Below are positions 15,865 through 26,638 of a stretch of DNA of 32,599 bases, one piece after another. Numbering within the stretch: position 1 is the first letter of the stretch; the number at the start of each line of letters is the position of its first letter. The notes beneath the pieces were generated by a model. It did not search any database and had not been told where the DNA came from. It worked only from the letters and a program-made list of their open reading frames with translations. This stretch comes from a virus (Duplodnaviria; Caudoviricetes). The stretch is from the IMG/VR virus record IMGVR_UViG_3300017912_001466, positions 1-32,599 of that record; one strand, given 5' to 3'. The translations under genes and the position numbers were made by a program.

Positions 15865-18800
15865 GTGAATGAGTCAGTCGCTTTTGATCCTGCCACACTG
15901 TTGCGGGTCACACGCACCTCGTAGCCGGTCAACGTGACACCAGAGTACGTCGCTGTGTCAGTGTCATAACCAGCATCTCGGGCAATCTTCACGACAATCG
16001 TGTTGCCCTTTGTGCTGGCACCCTTGATGATCCCGCTGAACAGATTTGTGCTCTTGTCCGTGGTACCTGCGGCGATGGTGGTAGGCACTGTGACTCTGTG
16101 ACCCGTCTCTGGGCAGGTGACCTCGGTGTAGAGCACAGCGTTGCCAGAGGAGCCACCCACCGTCACACGTGCACTCACAAGCACGACACCAGCGATGGCG
16201 GCGGACTCTCTGACGCTACTGCGAGAAGTGGCGGACGAGGAGGTCACTCCGTTGTCCGTGGAACCGGGGAAAGTCATCCCATCGTTTCCGGCCGTTGCGG
16301 CACCGTCTGACGGCACGAATTGTGTGTCAAGACCTCCACCCGTAGGTTGGGACGATCCGGGCGTAGGAGAGGGCTTCTTTTGCCCAAGAACGGCAAAGTT
16401 GTCACCCACTAAGTCTGGTAGTTGGTTCGCACCCTTGACCGCGTTGAACAGGCCGCTACCGACGTTGCTGAGGTTGATAGAGTTCTGACCGTTAGTGGTG
16501 CTGGCCGTACCATCGCCGTAGCGGTAGTCTTTGGTCTGCTTGTCCTCGACCTTATCCTCGAAATCATCAGTGTCCTTGTAGTTGGGAGTCGTGTCACCAC
16601 TGCTTCGACCACCAGTGGTTCGACCCGTACCGGCACCAGTACCCCTGCCGTAGTCCGGCTTGGTTGTCCCGCTCTGTGGGTCGGTCGGGTGTTGCACACC
16701 CTTGCTGACTCGGGGCTTGATGTAGGAGGCAAAGGTTGCGGCCGCTCTGGAAGCATCTCTCTCCAGCGTCAGGTTGACATCCTCGTGTTCGGCGGCATTG
16801 ATGTTCCACGAAACTTTCTGGATCGCCATCTCTTCTGCTGACAGATTCAACCGAGCATCGGTATAGTCAAGTGTCGTACCGGGCATAAAGTTCAGGTCGT
16901 CGGTAATCAGGAGTCGAGGTGCGTAGTACCAACCCCGGTGATTACCGGGCAACTCTGAGTAGGTGCGGAAGCCGAGAGGGAACACACTGTCGCTGTTGGT
17001 CGTGACACTGCTCGTAATCCCGGTGATGTCGTTGGCATCGTGGTGGTTCGAGTTGTCGTTGTTGCATCGGTTGCGCACCAGTGCACGGAGGTAGTCTACG
17101 TTAACAGAGAAAGTGATCTTCTTGCCCGAGCCACCGCTCCAGTAGGAACTGGGGATGTCAACTTCGTAGAACCCGTTGTTGGTCAAGTTGGTGCTCGTGT
17201 AGAACGTCCCCGCTTGTATGTTACCGCTCAGACTCTTGTCGTCATCGAAGTATGGGACCGCAAGGTACAGAGTGAACTCAGCATCCTCTGGGCTTGTGAT
17301 CGTCCCAGATTGAGATTGTCGCACACCGATGACGGTACGCAAGTTGCCGTCTGACCACCCTGATGCTGGCGCAGTCTCTGCTGTCTTCGGCATGTCCTTG
17401 GGGATGTGAACGACCTGCAAGGCGTAGCCTACACTGTTGCTACCGTACCAATAGTAGTTGCTCGTGTAGACGTTATCGGTACCCTTACTGGCCGGTCCAC
17501 TGCCGTCACCACGCCCATCCAAAGCACTGACCATGCCGGGGTGGAACGTCCCACCATGACGTGACATCCAGTAGAAAGCGTAGGTGTCGATGAACGTGGA
17601 CTGGGAATCGTAATCGTTACCTCGGAACATCGTGACGTAGGGATCAGCGATATAACCGTACCTTGCCCCGTCCAGCATGGTGTCGTTGGTGCCACCGAAG
17701 TTATGGCCGTCGTCGTGCCGCACGATTCTGGCACTGACCGACAACGGTGCCTGCTTGAACTTCTCGTACTCTTGTCGAGCCACGGCTTCTGCCTCATCCT
17801 TGCTGAACACTTGCGGCAAGTGAATCACCTGCCAGCGTGGTTGCGATCCCAGCGTGGCCGCAGGGTAGTCTACGAACGAAGCATCGCCTGCGTAGAACAC
17901 ACGCACGTTGCTGATCTGGCGCTGGTTGTTCGTGGCGATGTTGCTGATGTTCAGGTTGTCTCTGGTGAAAGCGAAACCACTACCGTAGGTGGGGCGCAAC
18001 TCGAATCTCCCATCTCTACCGATGCGGTAGATGAACTGGGAGTAGAGACCACTGGTCTCGCTCACTGTGATACCGTCCTTGGTGCTGGACACGATACCGG
18101 CAAAGGACTGCGAGCGAGCGTCATTGACGCTACCGTAGGAATCGGTGCTTGCCCCGATTTTCATGTTGCGGGTGACGGGGACGTTGTTGATGTCGAACAG
18201 CGCGTTAGTAGATCCCTGTGTCAACCATGTCTTGGTGATGAGGTCCAGTGTAGTCACACGCATCTTGTCGTGCTCGTAGTATGTCCCGCTGTTTTCGTTC
18301 TTGACAAAGCCCGTGACTTCCATGATGAGCCGCATGGGGAAGATTGCTGACACGGTAGCGTACACCGTGTAGTCGGTCAGGTTATCGTTGTCATCCTTGA
18401 TTTCTATGGTGTTACTGGCCAGAGAACCAACGTCACCTTCTGCATCGAGCAAGTCCTTGGCACGCTGTACCGTACCATCCCACTGACCCGGAGCGGCACT
18501 CTGGCCTGTTCTCAAATCGACCTTCTCATACAAGTTGAGGGCGAGTAGTTTTTTCGTGGTGCTTGGTACAGAGATAGTGGCGTTACCAGTCTGAATGCTA
18601 CCGGGAGCAGTGAGATCAGGATAGACCTTGTACTCGATGTGGTTTAGGAGCGTCACAGCACGACTCCCCACGTAGTATGTGCCATCAACATCTGTCGTCG
18701 TTGTACTGCTGGCGATAACCAACTCGTCCCCAACCTCAAGGCGAGCGATGTCTTGCGTGTCGGGGATCTGTAGAGTAAGTGTGCCGTCAGTACCGAATGT

Positions 18801-21800
18801 CATTGTACCAGAACTACCGTGTACCAAACTGAAGTCGTCTACATCATCGTACTTGAAGTGGTAGACCTGCTTGTTCTCGAACGACACGATCTGACCATAC
18901 CTTACTCCAGTAGGGAACTCAGATACATCAGTCAACTCGATAATCTTGTCACCGTTTTCAATCTCTCTCTTCAGCGTTGTTGCAGGGTTGAGTAGGTACT
19001 CTTCGTTAGAGTGGACGCTGACACTACTGCTACCTACGTTGTCCCAAGTAGCGGGTACACGGGACCAGTAGTTGTCAATCAGCACAGGGAATCCCTCGGT
19101 CTCGACCAAGAAGTCACCAATCTCTTTGTTGGCCGCACCAATCTGACCGGTCTTACCGTTGTTGACATGATTGTTCAGATTGAAGAATGGGCTTGTGTCG
19201 ATCAGGATGAATGAACCTGCCTTGTCTTCCCAGTTCTTGTATTTGTTACTGTCAGTAGTCTCGTTGTCGGAACCGCCGGTTGGGTTACCCCAATCAGCGT
19301 TGGTAATTGGGTCGTGACTACCAAGACTGAAGATGTTGACATCCTGCCCGATAGCAAGATCAACGAACTTCGTTCTGTCACTGAGGTTGTCATTGTTATC
19401 TGCGAAATATAGGCTGACATTATAGTTGTCAACCAGTGGATTCATCAGACCAAAGTCCTCCTTACGCAGACCACCGTCGGCATCGGCCGTGCCATCGTTT
19501 CTCATGTCTGCCCAGAGCACCCACACATGCTTGAAGTCACTCGTGTTGACATTCCTTACGTTGACAGTCTCCCCGGCGCTGTGAGCGCGCTGGAGGAAGT
19601 TGGTAGATGGCAGGGTCAGCGTGGTGTTGCCGAAGTAAGCAGTGCCGGTTCGGTTACCAGCGTAATACGCATCTGTTCCTACCTTGCCAACATGGAGAAA
19701 GCCTTGACCCATAGAGACATCACTGTCACTGCTGTGCTTGTCCGTCAATATCTTGCCAGAATCATCTATCAGGTAGTATATTCTGTAACTCGTCGTCGAT
19801 CCACGCGCTGTCACATCTTTACGGGTCAGATATCGAATACGGTAGGATCCTTCGGGCCACCCCGTCAGATATATCCTTGACCCACTTGCCGCGGCAATCG
19901 TGGTCTTGATGAACAGCAAAACACGAGTGCGGTTAGAGCCACTGCTGTCAACACTGTGTACCGCAGATGAAAGCGGCATGCCTGTACCACTGTACGAAAC
20001 TCCGTAGTTCGATAGAAGCGAGAGAGTCTCTTCATCTCCAATCATAACATCGTTCCCGAAACTCCCGGCCCCAGCAGCAAAGTGCCATGTTCTGGTGACA
20101 GCCACAGAGGAAGATGTCACTACGGCGCTGTCAACCAGACCGTTGCTGTCAACGAACTCAACGTGTCCGCCGTTGATGAGGTGACCGTGAACGCTTGCAC
20201 CAGTCACCGTAACCGAAGTTGCATCTTGAGCAAAGTCTGTGGTTACTGTGGTCGTTGCGAGCGGCTCTTTGGAGATACGACCGAACATGTGCTGGAACCA
20301 CTGGCTCAGGGGGAAGTCTCGCACCCAGCGAGCGTGTAGACCCCTGTACTGAGGTGTCTCGCCATCCCAATCGTCCTCGGCATCGTTGGGTCCCTTGGTG
20401 TCCTCGTTGTTGTAAATCTGGATCGGGTGCGCAGAGCGCAGGCGCATCCTGCTGTCCTTGTAGTTGACCCACGCAGAGTCGCGTGTGTAGTTGAACCCAA
20501 GCGTTGGGTTGGCTGGCTCAAGCGGTGTGGCACCGAAGTAGTAGAGATCCAGACCACCCTGTGCTTCGTCTCTACGGAATGCCAGCGTACTGGTACTACC
20601 ACTGTTGTCCCCTTGACCCAACTCCCACGTGGGCAGAGTATAGTCCATCTGGCGGAACACATCTGCCGCCCTGATCTGTAGTGTCGGTGTGCGGTTGATC
20701 GCACTCTGGCTGTAGTTGATACCCTCGACGAACCCACGCCATAGGGGACGGTAGTCCGCATCCCTGAACATCAGCAACTCCCAGCCCGAGAAGGATGAGC
20801 CACTCATCAGGGGGATGAGGTCATGCGTACCATCGTCGTCGATGATGTCAATCGAAACGGTGCTGACCCCGTTGACCACACTGTTGTACGCCATCTTCTC
20901 GACCGGAGGCATGTCAGTGCCGTCAGGGTGATCGGTCAGGGGACGAATAAGCCCAACACGGTCCAACAAGATGTAAGCCTTGTGAGGCTGAGTAGAGATG
21001 GTGTGCTTGAAGTCAATCTCCCAGCCGTTCATAGTAGCCGGTGTGACATCCACAGAACCGTTCAACTGGTTGAAGGCTTGATTGGTAGCGACACTGGTGC
21101 CATTCTTGTAGACATCGAACCGAAGGTTGGTGTAGTCGAGGACGAACTCGTAATCGTCCCACAACTGATCCTGAGTGAACGACTGACGAGTTGACCCGTC
21201 ATACAGGTAGAAGTCATCGACGTTTCGGGTGTTACCGATGTTGGCGATCTCGTAGTCAATAGCCCAAGTGTTACCACCGGCTTCGTCTGGGCTTTGGTTT
21301 GTCCCGATGCGGAATCTGATGTTGCTGTTGCCGTGTGTGAAAAACGAGCACATACGGAATGCTACGATGTCTCCGTCACCTACACTATTAAGTGACCCAT
21401 CATACGTAATCAGTGGCTTGCGCGTGTTTCGCGATGCGGCCGCTTGTAGAACAAGGAACGGTTTGCCAGCAGGACTGGTGACGGGATGGATGTAGTTGAA
21501 CGCTGTGTCACTGGTGTTGCTGTCACTTTCATCGAAGGGGATCTCTCCCTGAAATACACCAGCCAGATGCGCCATCGACTTGAAGTTCGGCGCGCTACCA
21601 CCCAACTCGGTCGGAGCACCGTTGCTGACCTTGAACTTACCAGCACCGCCAGATACCTCAAGCAGACCCTCGGTGTTCGAGCGACCGAAGGTAGCGTCGT
21701 TGTCCCCGGTCCAAGCGTAGTATGTGCCGGTGGTGTCGTAGCCGTTGGTGAACAGCAGGTAACCTTCGACCGTATCTCCGGACTGGTACGCATCACCGAT

Positions 21801-22181
21801 GATACCAGTGCCGCCATCATACTTCTGCCGGTTGGCGTTAGCCAGACCATCGGGGTATAAGAGTTGGGGACGACCTTCGTAGTGCTCTGGATTACGACGG
21901 TTCAGATCGAAACCGAGCCAGCGATGGTAGCCCAGCGTGTGCGCCTTGCGGTTGGTGATTGTAATGTCCTTGCGGTTCAGATAGTCAGAGCGATCTACCC
22001 AAGCGTAGGTGTAGCGGGGATTGAGTGTGGCGTACCCGTTCATCGGGTTGCCGTGGTGCGTCTTGCTTGACTTGTAGTCAGAGCCCGGACTGTTGTCGTC
22101 ATCAGGAATGGCACGAGCCGAGTTGAAATCATCATAATACCCGGCAAGCCACCAAGTAAATCGCCTACTTACATCCCTCAT
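15852..22181 (-). CDS. Large tail-tip/baseplate hub protein with inserted domains (2109 aa)
   Basis: Directly downstream of the tape measure; hub-like segments LWRGFVEGI..LQIRAAD, GRDGRFELRP, ISNVRV, EAEAVARQ, PGT...IQKVSW; T/S/D/G-rich. Confidence 0.7.
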   Translation of the reverse strand: MRDVSRRFTWWLAGYYDDFNSARAIPDDDNSPGSDYKSSKTHHGNPMNGYATLNPRYTYAWVDRSDYLNRKDITITNRKAHTLGYHRWLGFDLNRRNPEHYEGRPQLLYPDGLANANRQKYDGGTGIIGDAYQSGDTVEGYLLFTNGYDTTGTYYAWTGDNDATFGRSNTEGLLEVSGGAGKFKVSNGAPTELGGSAPNFKSMAHLAGVFQGEIPFDESDSNTSDTAFNYIHPVTSPAGKPFLVLQAAASRNTRKPLITYDGSLNSVGDGDIVAFRMCSFFTHGNSNIRFRIGTNQSPDEAGGNTWAIDYEIANIGNTRNVDDFYLYDGSTRQSFTQDQLWDDYEFVLDYTNLRFDVYKNGTSVATNQAFNQLNGSVDVTPATMNGWEIDFKHTISTQPHKAYILLDRVGLIRPLTDHPDGTDMPPVEKMAYNSVVNGVSTVSIDIIDDDGTHDLIPLMSGSSFSGWELLMFRDADYRPLWRGFVEGINYSQSAINRTPTLQIRAADVFRQMDYTLPTWELGQGDNSGSTSTLAFRRDEAQGGLDLYYFGATPLEPANPTLGFNYTRDSAWVNYKDSRMRLRSAHPIQIYNNEDTKGPNDAEDDWDGETPQYRGLHARWVRDFPLSQWFQHMFGRISKEPLATTTVTTDFAQDATSVTVTGASVHGHLINGGHVEFVDSNGLVDSAVVTSSSVAVTRTWHFAAGAGSFGNDVMIGDEETLSLLSNYGVSYSGTGMPLSSAVHSVDSSGSNRTRVLLFIKTTIAAASGSRIYLTGWPEGSYRIRYLTRKDVTARGSTTSYRIYYLIDDSGKILTDKHSSDSDVSMGQGFLHVGKVGTDAYYAGNRTGTAYFGNTTLTLPSTNFLQRAHSAGETVNVRNVNTSDFKHVWVLWADMRNDGTADADGGLRKEDFGLMNPLVDNYNVSLYFADNNDNLSDRTKFVDLAIGQDVNIFSLGSHDPITNADWGNPTGGSDNETTDSNKYKNWEDKAGSFILIDTSPFFNLNNHVNNGKTGQIGAANKEIGDFLVETEGFPVLIDNYWSRVPATWDNVGSSSVSVHSNEEYLLNPATTLKREIENGDKIIELTDVSEFPTGVRYGQIVSFENKQVYHFKYDDVDDFSLVHGSSGTMTFGTDGTLTLQIPDTQDIARLEVGDELVIASSTTTTDVDGTYYVGSRAVTLLNHIEYKVYPDLTAPGSIQTGNATISVPSTTKKLLALNLYEKVDLRTGQSAAPGQWDGTVQRAKDLLDAEGDVGSLASNTIEIKDDNDNLTDYTVYATVSAIFPMRLIMEVTGFVKNENSGTYYEHDKMRVTTLDLITKTWLTQGSTNALFDINNVPVTRNMKIGASTDSYGSVNDARSQSFAGIVSSTKDGITVSETSGLYSQFIYRIGRDGRFELRPTYGSGFAFTRDNLNISNIATNNQRQISNVRVFYAGDASFVDYPAATLGSQPRWQVIHLPQVFSKDEAEAVARQEYEKFKQAPLSVSARIVRHDDGHNFGGTNDTMLDGARYGYIADPYVTMFRGNDYDSQSTFIDTYAFYWMSRHGGTFHPGMVSALDGRGDGSGPASKGTDNVYTSNYYWYGSNSVGYALQVVHIPKDMPKTAETAPASGWSDGNLRTVIGVRQSQSGTITSPEDAEFTLYLAVPYFDDDKSLSGNIQAGTFYTSTNLTNNGFYEVDIPSSYWSGGSGKKITFSVNVDYLRALVRNRCNNDNSNHHDANDITGITSSVTTNSDSVFPLGFRTYSELPGNHRGWYYAPRLLITDDLNFMPGTTLDYTDARLNLSAEEMAIQKVSWNINAAEHEDVNLTLERDASRAAATFASYIKPRVSKGVQHPTDPQSGTTKPDYGRGTGAGTGRTTGGRSSGDTTPNYKDTDDFEDKVEDKQTKDYRYGDGTASTTNGQNSINLSNVGSGLFNAVKGANQLPDLVGDNFAVLGQKKPSPTPGSSQPTGGGLDTQFVPSDGAATAGNDGMTFPGSTDNGVTSSSATSRSSVRESAAIAGVVLVSARVTVGGSSGNAVLYTEVTCPETGHRVTVPTTIAAGTTDKSTNLFSGIIKGASTKGNTIVVKIARDAGYDTDTATYSGVTLTGYEVRVTRNSVAGSKATDSFTYSA

Positions 22182-25100
22182 CCTGTCACCTGCTCCGCTA
22201 ACACTTGCTGTACTATGGCCGAGATTCTCGCCGCGGCCTCTCTCTCATTGAAGAATCCTTGGAACACATTGCTCACAATGACTTCCTGCTTGTTGTATAG
22301 GGTTCCGACTCCCTGTTGCACGACTGTGCGGTACAGGGATCCTGTGACGTTGCCGTACTTGCCACCGAAGAATAACTCTTCCATGTTGCTACCGAACTCG
22401 TATGACACGTCGTTGAAGTTCTGCATGTCATCAGTGAGTTGGGCAACACCGGCCGATGCCTCTTCTGATGATTCGTTAATCTTCAAGATTCCGTCAGCGA
22501 GTAGAGTCGCATCTCCAGCAAGTTGCGTGTTGGCTCTCTGCAAGTCCTCGAATTGATCTGCCAAACCGGATTCTTTCAAGATAACACCAAGAGCCTCTAT
22601 TTCGTTAGCCGACAATGCGATTCCGTTTCTAAGTCTGTCAGTTGTGCTATTGACGAAATTTTGTATGTTGTTCCCTCTGTCGAGGACTGTGCCTCGGAAC
22701 ATCCCAAGCAACACTTGGTTACCCAGTTCTTCTCCTTCCCTTTGTATATTGCCCTGATATTTGTTGATACCAAGAAACCCCGGTTTAAACTCATTGAGAC
22801 CCAGAAATCCCCGTCCGAAATATTTGTCTATTTCTAAAGCCGAGGCTTCCATCGCCAACTCGGTTGCCTTGAACATTTTGTTAGCACCAATTTCATGAGC
22901 CTGAACAATCGTCTCGATAGTGTTGATTGCGGACTCAGCCTCCAATCTCTGATTGTCTGTCATCTCTAATCTATACTCTTCGTAGTGATTTTTATAATCA
23001 TCGAGAGCCGACTTTGCGAGATTCCTGTTAGCCTTAAGATTGTTAACATCGTAGTCGCTGAAGCCGAGAGCACGCAGTCCAACAGATCCTACCTCCCCAG
23101 TTGTACCACCCACCAAATCTTCCAGAATAAGACCCATGTCAGTAGACTCTTGCCGCAACTCTTCTACTTCTTCTCGCGCTTCCCTCGACCTCTTTGTCAG
23201 CGTCGCAACAACAGCCGTAAAAGCGGCGACACCGCCGATAGCGGCACCGAGAGAGCCGACGCTAAGAACACCATTTAGCATCGCGGCTCTGGCGGTAGTA
23301 GCGGCCATCTGTCCTGCCGCTGTAGCCATCTGCACGGTGAATAGTGACATCGCAACCGTGGATGACTGCACACTGTTTCCAAACATCCCGATAACCATAC
23401 CGGCGGTATTCGCTACACCGTTTGCCGCGGACAATGTGTTTGTCATACTCATGGTAGCCTGAGCCGTCTGCCTTTGTTCAAGATTCAGTCTCTTAAGTGT
23501 GGCACCCAATTCATCATGTTCATTTTCCAACATGTTGATAATCTTTCTGAGTTTATCGGCTTCGGCACCTTCTTCCGCCATGATTGCGGATAATTGTTGA
23601 TGTAGGTATGAAGCCGCATCCAAGTTCTGATTCAGCATTTCCATAACGGAATTCAAGGCTTTAGTAGTATTCTTTTCCTCCCTCCTGATTGCGGTAGTCC
23701 CGTTGATCGAAACCTCCAGTTCTTTGTGAGCGTTTGATAGTGCTTGGGTGAAGAACTCTGCCTTGAACAACTGAGATTCTGTTTGCATAAGTTCGCCGTT
23801 GGTTCTGCGAAGTGCATCCTTTAGGAATTTGAACATGTTTCCGGAGAACTTACCGCTAAGAGCAAGCGTATCGCTACCGTTTTCGACTGCCTTCAAAGCG
23901 CCTCTCAATGTGGTCAACTCTGTCTCTAGTCTCTCAGTTGCTTCTGCGCCAAGATTTGATGATGTCTTAAATCGTGCAAGAGCCTCATCACTTAGCACAC
24001 GCAATGCTTCGGACGCTCTATCAGCATCCATTCTGAGTCCATCCATCCCTCTACCCTTATGACTCACTCCTTGGAGTTGGTTGTGTTGCTGAAGTTGCTC
24101 TGTGATATCAGAAACAGCCAACGCCGACAAATTGAGATCGTTCCTCCTGATGCGCATCAGCCTGATATTTTGCTGAGTCATGTTATTCTCAGAGATTTGT
24201 GCGTGGAGGATGTTGTCCTGAACAGTTCTGCGTTGTGTAGTCAGCCCCTCAATCTGCTTATGGATATTCACTAACTCGTGTCCCTGTTGGATTGCTCTGT
24301 TTGCCGTGAGCATGATTTGGATGCTGTCATTCAAATCTCGACTTCTTAGGGATTGTAGGATAGCAGTTTGTTCTGTGTGAGCGCGTTCGATGCCCAGCCT
24401 CTTTTCTGCAAGCCCACTAAGCCTCTCTTCCAAAGCCTGCTTTACGCCGAGCAGTTGTTTCTCTCGCTCCTGTAGTGGAGCCATCTCCAACTGGATGAAT
24501 CGCTGTTGTTCCTTGTGCCGATTGATTCTCTGGTTGAGGTAGCGGATAGCCTTCATCGCGTTGTGCTGGTCTTCAGTAGCCTTCTTTCCAAACTGGAGAT
24601 ACGACGCTTGCTTGCTGTGCAGATTCTCGTTAGCGATGAGGATGCTGTTGAGAGATCTCTGAATCGACAGATACGCACTACCTGCAACCGACAGACCTCG
24701 CATAGCGATGGCACTGCGAATGAATCCACCAGCGAACTCGTAGGTAGCCTTAGCACGACCCAGCACTCCGCCGGGACCACCAAGGACGTTAATCAGATCG
24801 ATGGATGCTTGGGTGAAGTTGTTAGTGGCTTCTTGCCCAGCAATGAACGTGGGCATCAACTTTTCACCCATTTCACTGCGCAGATTCTCGTGCTCGATCC
24901 TCAGTCGCTCAAGCACTGCATGCTGTTCTGCCAAAGCCTCTGCGGCCTGAACTGACGCACTATCGAGACCTTCCATCCCCTGCCCGGTGACTTCTACAGC
25001 CCTGTCAAGACCATCCATCAACTTCAGAAACCGCACGTAGTGTCGGTTACCAGAAACGATCTGAGCGATGTTCTGACGCTGTTGCTCATTCATGTCAGCA

Positions 25101-25996
25101 AAGCCTGCATCAGACAGTTGTGTCAACACGTTTTGCATGCTGTTGAGGTTGCCGTTGGCGTCAACGACCTCGACACCCAAGTCTTCCAAAGCATCGGCCG
25201 CACCGTTGATGTTACCACCAAGTCGAGCGTACATCATACGCAAGGCTCGACCTGATGTCCCCTGATCTTCACCAGCCTCAATCAAGACGGCCGACATCGA
25301 GGCCATGAACTCAAAGGAGTCACCAATCATGTGACCCTGTGAGGCGAAGTTAGACAGCGCCTTGACAATCTGACCCTCAGTAGCCAGTGTGCGGTTAGCA
25401 ATGGTGTTGAGTGCGTCGAGGGCTTGGTTACCGTTCTCCACAATCATGTTCCGCTGTTGTGCGGCGCTCGCAAGACGGAACTCCTCGGTGGACAAGTCGT
25501 ACAGAACACCAGCCTGCTGTTGTAACTGGATGATCGCTTTCTGCGCTTCCTCGGCACTCAAGTCCGAAATCTCAGCCAAGGTGTTGGAGAGGCGCACCAA
25601 CTCAGGGATGTTTTGCCTACCGACCAAAGCACCCATCTGAGAAGCACGGGCTCCAGCAAGCAACGCCTGTTCCCCGGTCACACGGAACTCGGCACCGAGA
25701 TCTTTCAGCGTATCTTCCATCGCGTCTAAGTTACTGTTACCGAACTCGACTTCACCGAAGAACTTGCGGAACTCGATAGCCGCATCTTCGATAGCGAAGG
25801 TGATCTGTGTCAGTTCATTTTCCAACTCATTGAACCGATTGACCATATCGTCTAACGGTTTCAACACACCCTCGAACGAGTCGAGAAGCACAGCCTCCAT
25901 GACTGTGGCCGATGTCGCCGCATCGGCAATCAACTTCTCCGCATTCCAATGGGCAATGACGTTGAAGAAGACTTGGGAGCCACCTACACGTGTCAT
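22178..25996 (-). CDS. Tail tape measure protein
   Basis: 1272 aa, helical; TP901-like core (GTSGRALRMMYARL, ALEDLGVEVVDANGNL); hydrophobic segment; follows the chaperone pair. Confidence 0.9.
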   Translation of the reverse strand: MTRVGGSQVFFNVIAHWNAEKLIADAATSATVMEAVLLDSFEGVLKPLDDMVNRFNELENELTQITFAIEDAAIEFRKFFGEVEFGNSNLDAMEDTLKDLGAEFRVTGEQALLAGARASQMGALVGRQNIPELVRLSNTLAEISDLSAEEAQKAIIQLQQQAGVLYDLSTEEFRLASAAQQRNMIVENGNQALDALNTIANRTLATEGQIVKALSNFASQGHMIGDSFEFMASMSAVLIEAGEDQGTSGRALRMMYARLGGNINGAADALEDLGVEVVDANGNLNSMQNVLTQLSDAGFADMNEQQRQNIAQIVSGNRHYVRFLKLMDGLDRAVEVTGQGMEGLDSASVQAAEALAEQHAVLERLRIEHENLRSEMGEKLMPTFIAGQEATNNFTQASIDLINVLGGPGGVLGRAKATYEFAGGFIRSAIAMRGLSVAGSAYLSIQRSLNSILIANENLHSKQASYLQFGKKATEDQHNAMKAIRYLNQRINRHKEQQRFIQLEMAPLQEREKQLLGVKQALEERLSGLAEKRLGIERAHTEQTAILQSLRSRDLNDSIQIMLTANRAIQQGHELVNIHKQIEGLTTQRRTVQDNILHAQISENNMTQQNIRLMRIRRNDLNLSALAVSDITEQLQQHNQLQGVSHKGRGMDGLRMDADRASEALRVLSDEALARFKTSSNLGAEATERLETELTTLRGALKAVENGSDTLALSGKFSGNMFKFLKDALRRTNGELMQTESQLFKAEFFTQALSNAHKELEVSINGTTAIRREEKNTTKALNSVMEMLNQNLDAASYLHQQLSAIMAEEGAEADKLRKIINMLENEHDELGATLKRLNLEQRQTAQATMSMTNTLSAANGVANTAGMVIGMFGNSVQSSTVAMSLFTVQMATAAGQMAATTARAAMLNGVLSVGSLGAAIGGVAAFTAVVATLTKRSREAREEVEELRQESTDMGLILEDLVGGTTGEVGSVGLRALGFSDYDVNNLKANRNLAKSALDDYKNHYEEYRLEMTDNQRLEAESAINTIETIVQAHEIGANKMFKATELAMEASALEIDKYFGRGFLGLNEFKPGFLGINKYQGNIQREGEELGNQVLLGMFRGTVLDRGNNIQNFVNSTTDRLRNGIALSANEIEALGVILKESGLADQFEDLQRANTQLAGDATLLADGILKINESSEEASAGVAQLTDDMQNFNDVSYEFGSNMEELFFGGKYGNVTGSLYRTVVQQGVGTLYNKQEVIVSNVFQGFFNEREAAARISAIVQQVLAEQVTG

Positions 25997-26015
25997 GTTG
26001 CCACCCCCTCAATAT

Positions 26016-26279
26016 TCAAATAAAGCCGCCTTGCTTCAACATGTCGAGAGCGTCACCATCGCTCATCTCTTCACGCCGTGATCGACGCTGGTCAAGACGA
26101 GCCTTGGCGGCGTTCCCGTCTTTCTTGCTGTCGCCTTGTGCAGTCTTCACCTGATCGTGTATCTCATTGAGAACGGCGAGGTCATATTCAAGGCGCTTCA
26201 TCCCTCCTTCATCTGTGTATTTCAGTAGTAGGTCGCTTGGAAGAACACCTTTGAATGATGAACACATCGCTGGTGCCAC
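26016..26279 (-). CDS. Tail assembly chaperone, frameshift extension (gpT-like)
   Basis: In the -1 frame relative to the upstream ORF, open from the slippery site; immediately before the tape measure. Confidence 0.75.
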   Translation of the reverse strand: MAPAMCSSFKGVLPSDLLLKYTDEGGMKRLEYDLAVLNEIHDQVKTAQGDSKKDGNAAKARLDQRRSRREEMSDGDALDMLKQGGFI

Positions 26280-26287
26280 TTTGGCGA

Positions 26288-26638
26288 TCAGGCCAAAGGG
26301 ACAGCGCCTTCCTGTTCTTCTCCTCGAACGAAATTGTAGATCGTCATCAGTTCCCCGCTGTCAAGCAGGTTGATATCGAAACCCTTGGGCTCTACGATGC
26401 ACGGGGGGACCATGCGTCGAATCTGGTCGTCCATGCCGCCGCCCTGTTCTTCGACGTGGGCAAGGAACTCTTCCTGCTGTTGCTCGGTCCACTTGGACTG
26501 ATCGGGACCGAAGTGTCGGAACTTACGGAACGCTTTCGCAAGTAGGGTCTCAAAATGTAGCCTTTCCATACCCGACGCTTGTCGGACGGTCAGGGTCGTA
26601 GTCTCGCTGATTTCAAAATCACGCTTCATTACCGGCAT
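26288..26638 (-). CDS. Tail assembly chaperone (gpG-like)
   Basis: Between tail tube and tape measure; ends at a slippery site. Confidence 0.75.
   Translation of the reverse strand: MPVMKRDFEISETTTLTVRQASGMERLHFETLLAKAFRKFRHFGPDQSKWTEQQQEEFLAHVEEQGGGMDDQIRRMVPPCIVEPKGFDINLLDSGELMTIYNFVRGEEQEGAVPLA
26294..26300 (-). other. Programmed -1 frameshift heptamer C CCU UUG
   Basis: GTC CCT TTG GCC TGA fits X XXY YYZ just before the stop; the -1 frame reads PFGLIAKVAPAM into the next ORF. Confidence 0.75.
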
